Source: a virus
Lineage: Duplodnaviria > Caudoviricetes
Reading direction: 5' to 3' (one strand)
DNA length: 60,069 nt
Virus record (IMG/VR): IMGVR_UViG_3300039037_000048
Span: 1 to 60,069 of that record
In this document: piece by piece, positions 54,846 through 60,069 of the stretch
How positions within the stretch are numbered: the stretch's first letter is position 1
Layout: every line of letters starts with the position of its first letter
Notes under the pieces: model-generated
The model's input: the letters and a program-made list of their open reading frames with translations, nothing else
Told to the model about the DNA's origin: nothing
The model's database searches: none
Program-made: the position numbers and the translations under genes

Positions 54846-57338
54846 TCAAAAGAATGATAGTAGTGAAATAGTTTTCTCGGAGTCCCAACCGATACAGTTT
54901 AGCACGTTCTTGAGAGGTTCATAGAAAGACTTCTCGAACTGCAATTTGTGATCGATATACTTTTCAAGATTGAACTCTTCAGGTAATCGCCCAATGAAAG
55001 AGATAGTATTCTCCATGATGGGATTAGGTTCCTTGAGATACAAGAACTTGATCTTCTCTCCCTCTTGGATGCGAGCATGTTTGTGCTCTACCTTGTGCTT
55101 CTTCAAGTACCAATTATACAACAAAGCACCACGAACGTGAATGGGTGTACCCTTCTCATAGATGTTAGCACGAGAACTATACTTCTGGAGATTGTTCACA
55201 CCTCTAGGGAAAGCAATGTCTTGATAGTCTTGCTTCTTTGTCTCCTCTCTTACCTGGTCAATGAAGTCAATAACATCATCATTGGTGCCATTGATAATGA
55301 TGGTGTATGCCTTAAGAAGTTTGTCTCGGAAGAACGCAGGAGTAGATGAACGTGCCGTCTCCATACCACAGATTTTCATCTTGGGTTCAGAGTAACGCAC
55401 ACCCTCGCTGTCCCAGACATTGAGGATATAGCGTTTCTTGGCAGTCCAGATTCCTTTGGAAGCGATGTTCTCCCGCTTCATCTTCATCTTCTGCGCGTAT
55501 GCCCGAACATAAGTGGCGAGCTCTTGGTAAGAACCTTCAATAAACTTCTCAAATTCCACCTCACACACCTTGTTAAGGAACCCAACAATGACTTCATCAT
55601 CTGCCTCTCGTCCCTTGAATACCTCTTGCACCAGAGGACCCAAGTTAAGGTACATAGAATCGGTGTCGCAAGCAATAACGTAATCAATGTCATTTGTCTT
55701 CAGAATCTTGTTTAGATATGCATTGGTCTTGTCACTGATCCAACGGATAGACAACTGACCTGACGTTGTAATCGCTTCTGCAATCTCCAGACGATAGTAT
55801 CGGAAGTGTTCGTTACCGATAGCACCATAAGCGGAGTTGAGTTGGATCTTCCTTGCCATCTGGATGTTGTTACAGCGGGAGATTTCCTTCTGCAACGCGA
55901 CGGTAGGAGTCTTCTCATACTGCTGCTTGGCAGCAAGCATCTTCTTCTTATAGATGGTTCGTTCTTGATAGATCTTCTCCATCAGTTTGGGCAGGAAACC
56001 CTGCTCTCTAGTGTCATACATGGTGCCGTTAGCACACAGTGTGACCCCCTCCAGGGCGCTTGTATCGACCTCTTGGGCAAGTAGTCTCTCGACGTTTGCG
56101 TTGGGGTGACGACGGGGTAGGAGGGTCTCTGGAGACAGGTTGTACTGCATAATCAGGTGAGGATACAGTGAGTTAAGGTCAAAGCTGACCACCCAGTCAT
56201 AGATGCCTGGCACTGGTTCCTTCACGTATGCACCAGCATACTTATTATCTTTGTGCGACTGACGTTTAGGTGGGATAGCAATGTTCTGACGTGCAAGATA
56301 CACGTAGATGATGTTATCCCACATACGAACCTGTGAGTACACATCCTCAAAGTTCACTTTGGCATCGTATGCCATGGTGATAGCAAGTTCTAGGAGTTTC
56401 ATCTTGTCATCCAACCTGTCAACCAGGCGAACGTCAATGATGTTGTACTCTACAAACTTCTGCCAATCATTTGTATAGAACTCTCGGAAGGTATCGTACT
56501 CACTGTGGTCTAGTTTCTTCTGACCTAGTTCTACGAATGCAATATGATCTAGACGATAAGACTCTTGGTTGGTGTAAGTAAACTTACGATACAACTCAAG
56601 ATAGTCTAGTGTTGCTACACCAGTGATGTCATAAGCAAGTTGCTCACGACCCTTGATAAAGATCCTACGTGGATAAATGTTCTTCCATGGCGAGAGAAGC
56701 TTTGCTTCTTTCTCACCAAGGATACGCTCTATACGGCGAACAATATACGGCATATCGAACAGCTGTACGTTCCATCCAGTGATCACGTCAGGGCAGTCAG
56801 AGTGCCAGTCGTGAATGAATGCTTTCAGCAGACCTTCTTCGGTCTGGAACTGTAGGTATTGCACGTCCTTCTCTGTGTTCATGAAGGGACGTGAACCATA
56901 CACTGTGATCTTGCCCGTTGTGGAGTCTTTGATGCTGATCAGAAGGATTTCTTGGTCAGCAGACTCAATGTCAGGGAAACCGTTCTCGGCACCCGTCTCA
57001 ATGTCAAGGGTGAAGATACGAAGCTGGTTCATGTCCCACTTCATATCTTCATCTGGATACGTATCGAAGATATACTGGTTCAGAAAGCGAGTCTGACCAC
57101 AGACTTCATAGTCAGGCAGTTCTTTATGCGTCTCAATGAACTGCTTTGCGTCATTGATAGTGCCCTGCTTAACAGGGCGGACGTTCCTACCGTCTAGAGT
57201 TTTCCAACTCTCCTTCTTCTGGGAAGGGAGGAACAGTGTAGGATTGAACTTGACTCGATCTTCAAAACGTTGTCCGTGATCGTAACCACGGACTAGGATA
57301 GTGTTGCCCGTTTGTTCAACACTGGTGTAGAACTTCAT
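54846..57338 (-). CDS. g43: Family B DNA polymerase gp43
   Basis: DIET exonuclease, SFDLNSLYP, KIQLNSAYG, DTDS, KKRY. Confidence 0.98.
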   Translation of the reverse strand: MKFYTSVEQTGNTILVRGYDHGQRFEDRVKFNPTLFLPSQKKESWKTLDGRNVRPVKQGTINDAKQFIETHKELPDYEVCGQTRFLNQYIFDTYPDEDMKWDMNQLRIFTLDIETGAENGFPDIESADQEILLISIKDSTTGKITVYGSRPFMNTEKDVQYLQFQTEEGLLKAFIHDWHSDCPDVITGWNVQLFDMPYIVRRIERILGEKEAKLLSPWKNIYPRRIFIKGREQLAYDITGVATLDYLELYRKFTYTNQESYRLDHIAFVELGQKKLDHSEYDTFREFYTNDWQKFVEYNIIDVRLVDRLDDKMKLLELAITMAYDAKVNFEDVYSQVRMWDNIIYVYLARQNIAIPPKRQSHKDNKYAGAYVKEPVPGIYDWVVSFDLNSLYPHLIMQYNLSPETLLPRRHPNANVERLLAQEVDTSALEGVTLCANGTMYDTREQGFLPKLMEKIYQERTIYKKKMLAAKQQYEKTPTVALQKEISRCNNIQMARKIQLNSAYGAIGNEHFRYYRLEIAEAITTSGQLSIRWISDKTNAYLNKILKTNDIDYVIACDTDSMYLNLGPLVQEVFKGREADDEVIVGFLNKVCEVEFEKFIEGSYQELATYVRAYAQKMKMKRENIASKGIWTAKKRYILNVWDSEGVRYSEPKMKICGMETARSSTPAFFRDKLLKAYTIIINGTNDDVIDFIDQVREETKKQDYQDIAFPRGVNNLQKYSSRANIYEKGTPIHVRGALLYNWYLKKHKVEHKHARIQEGEKIKFLYLKEPNPIMENTISFIGRLPEEFNLEKYIDHKLQFEKSFYEPLKNVLNCIGWDSEKTISLLSFF

Positions 57339-57580
57339 TCAGATTTCATTTCGTAGTAAAGCGATGCGGTTTTGCCATCAGGTTCAGCAATCAGAGTGAT
57401 GTCTGAAGACCTGACCGCCAACTCACGGTCATCGGAAAAGGGTGGGAAGGACGTGAGACCGTCCTCCTTCACCTCACAGGGGTATTTTAGCACACAATCA
57501 GGATCCCCGAACTCAACGCCAGGGATCTCTTCAACTTCACTGATCAACCAGTGACCATCAAACCGAAGCAGTTTCAGCAT
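57335..57580 (-). CDS. Hypothetical protein
   Basis: Coupled to g43; GDPDC.L..P. Confidence 0.7.
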   Translation of the reverse strand: MLKLLRFDGHWLISEVEEIPGVEFGDPDCVLKYPCEVKEDGLTSFPPFSDDRELAVRSSDITLIAEPDGKTASLYYEMKSE

Positions 57581-57968
57581 CAGGCACCTCCTCGGAAGGA
57601 ACGAAACCAGTCTCTGCTGCTGCAGCGGCAGATGCTTCTACTTGTGCTTGTTCTGCAGCAACTGCTTGAGCAACGGTCTGCACATATGCATCTTCGAGAC
57701 CAGGGTCTACTTGACCAACGCAGGTCAGAGCAGAGAATGGGATCTTGAACTGGGTGTCAGTAGAGTATGGAAGCCACTTATTGAAACGAACCTGAACTTC
57801 CTGACCACCTGGGGCACTAGGATCAGCTGGTTCCAGTTGCAAAGTATAAGGACGAATCATGATGAGACAAATGGGCTTGCCATCTTCCTTGTCTCCTTCA
57901 CGCACTTCCTGAAGGTCGGTGATGACACGCTCACCAGTGCCTGCCAATACAACAATAGCGTTTGCCAT
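57558..57968 (-). CDS. Hypothetical protein (Sm-like fold candidate)
   Basis: L.GTGERVI.D...RPY...WLPYS.D..F.IP. Confidence 0.7.
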   Translation of the reverse strand: MANAIVVLAGTGERVITDLQEVREGDKEDGKPICLIMIRPYTLQLEPADPSAPGGQEVQVRFNKWLPYSTDTQFKIPFSALTCVGQVDPGLEDAYVQTVAQAVAAEQAQVEASAAAAAETGFVPSEEVPDAETASV

Positions 57969-57992
57969 AATAGAAAAATATTGAACGACTTA

Positions 57993-58044
57993 ATTTTACC
58001 ACAAAAAAATGGGGGCGTCAACTGGATTTTGCCAGTTGCCCCCG
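57993..58044 (-). promoter_or_regulatory. Terminator hairpin overlapping the sigma70 promoter of the g43 operon
   Basis: GGGGCAACTGG...CCAGTTGACGCCCC followed by a T tract; TTGACG-N17-TAAAAT. Confidence 0.75.
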
Positions 58045-58174
58045 TGCGGCGACGATATGAAATTATTTATGTAGGTGGGGGTCCTGGCGTACCTGGCGTT
58101 TCAGGGGGCGGTGCCTGTGGATTCTCGGGTGTTTGCACTGGTGCTGGTGGAGCAGGTGTTAAATTCATAGGTCT

Positions 58175-58609
58175 TTATTCTAGTAACAACTCTTTTGTGC
58201 CAGAGATATCATAAACAATCTTTCGCTGGTGTTCTGGGATATATTTGTTTAACTCAACTACCAACAACCCATCTACGAACGAAACACTTTTGACCTCAAG
58301 ATCGTCCGAGAGCTGCCACGTATTACTAAAGGATCGTTTCGATACTCCACGGTGGAGATACTGGACATCAGGATCTCTCTTTGCATCTTTTGTGGCAACT
58401 TTGAGAATGTTTGATTCTGTAGAGACTTCAATCTCCTCTGGTTTAAATCCTGCCAGAGCAATTTCAATAGTAAACTTACTGTTGTCATGCTTGATTAGAT
58501 TGTAGGGCGGGTAGTTAGTATTGTGGGAGGACATACTATCTAGGCGATGAAAGATTTCATCGAGCCCAACAAAGTGAGGGGAATATACATCCCATGCGTA
58601 CTTGTTCAT
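58175..58609 (-). CDS. hsp20: Small heat-shock protein Hsp20 (IbpA-like)
   Basis: NYPPYNL...IEIALAGF...YLHRG.S.RSF...DGLL...IPE. Confidence 0.95.
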   Translation of the reverse strand: MNKYAWDVYSPHFVGLDEIFHRLDSMSSHNTNYPPYNLIKHDNSKFTIEIALAGFKPEEIEVSTESNILKVATKDAKRDPDVQYLHRGVSKRSFSNTWQLSDDLEVKSVSFVDGLLVVELNKYIPEHQRKIVYDISGTKELLLE

Positions 58610-58720
58610 GAGTAACTCCTATAGTTAGCGAGTGTTTTTGTGTGGACCCCGAAGGCATCCTTTGGCGTAAAAGGGGGACCGTAGTCCCACACCTTCTACA
58701 CTACTAATTATAAGAGCACA

Positions 58721-58750
58721 TAAAAAAAGTGGGGTGTTGAAAACCCCACT
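58721..58750 (-). terminator. Terminator after the 58755-59822 ORF
   Basis: AGTGGGG-loop-CCCCACT followed by a T run. Confidence 0.7.
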
Positions 58751-58754
58751 ATCT

Positions 58755-59822
58755 TCACAGATCAACACGAATTGCTTCAGTCTCACCTTCAATTTGAGGA
58801 ATCCAGTAGAGTTCCAAAGGCAGTTTTGCAAGTTCAACTCTGGGGAGTTTAAGACCAAGACCTTTGAACAAATCCTCGGCGTAAGAAATATACCAGTTGA
58901 TAGTGTTATCAAGGATGTCCTTAATAGTATCAATCATTTCTTGACGTTCTGCTTCAATCTGATGTTCACAGAGTGCAAAACTGGATGCACAAACACGGAC
59001 GATGGTTCCAGTGGTAAATGCTTTCCAAGTCCAACGAAGGATATCGTTAGCATATCGATAATAGAATCCTTCATCGAGAACCTTGTGATAGCAAATCACA
59101 CCATCAGCAGCTGCTTTGTTCTTTGCAAACATAACATTTGCTGCAATCCATTCCCTTACTTCTTCTTTTGAAGTATTGAAGACTCGCAAAGACTTCACCT
59201 TTGTTTCGGTGATTGCGTTTCGGATACCACCAATAGTGCTTTTGTGTCCACCTTTTGGGAAACGCTGATGTACACCAGAAGCATCGAGAAGAATGTTTAC
59301 GTTCTTCTTGGTAATAGGAATACCATCATCTTCCATCAATCGTCGAAGGATATGGAAGTCTTTAGCTCCCGCATTCTCACTATTGTCTGTAGCATTAGCA
59401 CGAAGTCCCATGAGAGACATGGCACTGTCATCAGACAACTGATCGAGAACTTCGTCACCAGTGACTTTGCGCTCATACAGTGCTACTGGCGCATAAATCC
59501 AACCGTTTTGAAGCATCGCTCGAAGCAGATGTCGATGGTCAAACTGGAATTCATTCCCAGCACTATCAACAAAAATACTAATCGGCCAACCAAATATCAT
59601 CCACATGAAGTTGGCAGTAGATGCCAGCAGCATCTCCAACTTACTCTGAATTAACTCACTTTTTCGTGGGTAGTTTGCAGTGGTTGCCTTGATCTCATTA
59701 GTAGGGCGAGATGCAAACCCTTTGAATTCAAATAACGGATAGTCAGGTCCGTCTGTAGCATCGACTTTCAAGATCTCAATAGGAAACTCTCGATCTTGAG
59801 GTACTTTTTTCTTTTTGTACAT
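58755..59822 (-). CDS. Hypothetical protein with possible ParB/Srx-like N-terminal domain
   Basis: 355-aa ORF with its own promoter and terminator; GWPISIF...QFDHRHLLRA. Confidence 0.65.
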   Translation of the reverse strand: MYKKKKVPQDREFPIEILKVDATDGPDYPLFEFKGFASRPTNEIKATTANYPRKSELIQSKLEMLLASTANFMWMIFGWPISIFVDSAGNEFQFDHRHLLRAMLQNGWIYAPVALYERKVTGDEVLDQLSDDSAMSLMGLRANATDNSENAGAKDFHILRRLMEDDGIPITKKNVNILLDASGVHQRFPKGGHKSTIGGIRNAITETKVKSLRVFNTSKEEVREWIAANVMFAKNKAAADGVICYHKVLDEGFYYRYANDILRWTWKAFTTGTIVRVCASSFALCEHQIEAERQEMIDTIKDILDNTINWYISYAEDLFKGLGLKLPRVELAKLPLELYWIPQIEGETEAIRVDL

Positions 59823-59875
59823 ACTCTGAATGGCATGGAGGTTAGTGTGTCCAGACTACTGCTGTTCACCTCCAT

Positions 59876-59910
59876 ATTATAGCACAAAAAAAGGGGGCGT
59901 CAAGCCCCCC
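59876..59910 (-). promoter_or_regulatory. regA terminator overlapping a sigma70 promoter
   Basis: GGGGGC-TTGAC-GCCCCC followed by a T tract; TTGACG-N17-TATAAT. Confidence 0.8.
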
Positions 59911-59914
59911 TGTG

Positions 59915-60069
59915 TCATACTTCGGTTTTTTTACGACCAATGTTATACTTGGACTCAAGAATCCACTCGTCTTTATCTTTAAACGAGAGAACTTTAATCT
60001 GATTGAGAGGAGCAATATCTTCGATACGTTCTGCCTCTACAATAGAGACCAGACCCCAGTCAGATAACA
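59915..60069 (-). CDS. regA: Translational repressor RegA, 3' end (partial)
   Basis: LSDWGLV...IAPLNQIKVLSFKDKDEWILESKYNIG. Confidence 0.92.
   Translation of the reverse strand, partial: LSDWGLVSIVEAERIEDIAPLNQIKVLSFKDKDEWILESKYNIGRKKTEV

Noticed and set aside
59803-59875. uORF with A AAA AAG that could slip into the 355-aa ORF
   Set aside because: Its first ATG lies upstream of the predicted transcription start, and the main ORF has its own ATG; the Lys-codon run explains the motif.

Overview
This is a 60-kb segment of a T4-like marine cyanomyovirus genome (Synechococcus/Prochlorococcus phage type), mostly transcribed on the minus strand. In minus-strand order it contains: the regA 3' end; hsp20; replication genes (g43, uvsX, g41, mazG, g61, nrdA, nrdB); a late envelope/secreted-protein region; talC; a photosynthesis cassette (two hli, thioredoxin, psbA, psbD); rnh, thyX, phoH, g33 and g32; a baseplate/tail module (g53, g48, g2, g4, g54-like, g26, g51, two tape-measure-like hydrolases, g27-like hub, g5); cpeT; three 2OG-Fe(II) oxygenases; and nine tRNAs. 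The most striking element is at 23.4-24.7 kb. There an NtcA-box promoter drives a double glnA-type glutamine-riboswitch-like RNA in which each aptamer's P2 loop holds a small ORF (the first entirely, with its start and stop codons forming the P2 helix), followed by DUF4278-like YRG-motif genes. Other highlights are two perfect -1 frameshift heptamers (g26/g51 and an internal-head-like gene), two genes whose stop codons lie inside tRNAs, a hairpin-gated late nuclease, a 27-bp direct repeat bracketing the photosynthesis cassette, and structured RNAs next to tRNAs. All calls come from reading the sequence and recalling protein families; no searches were run.
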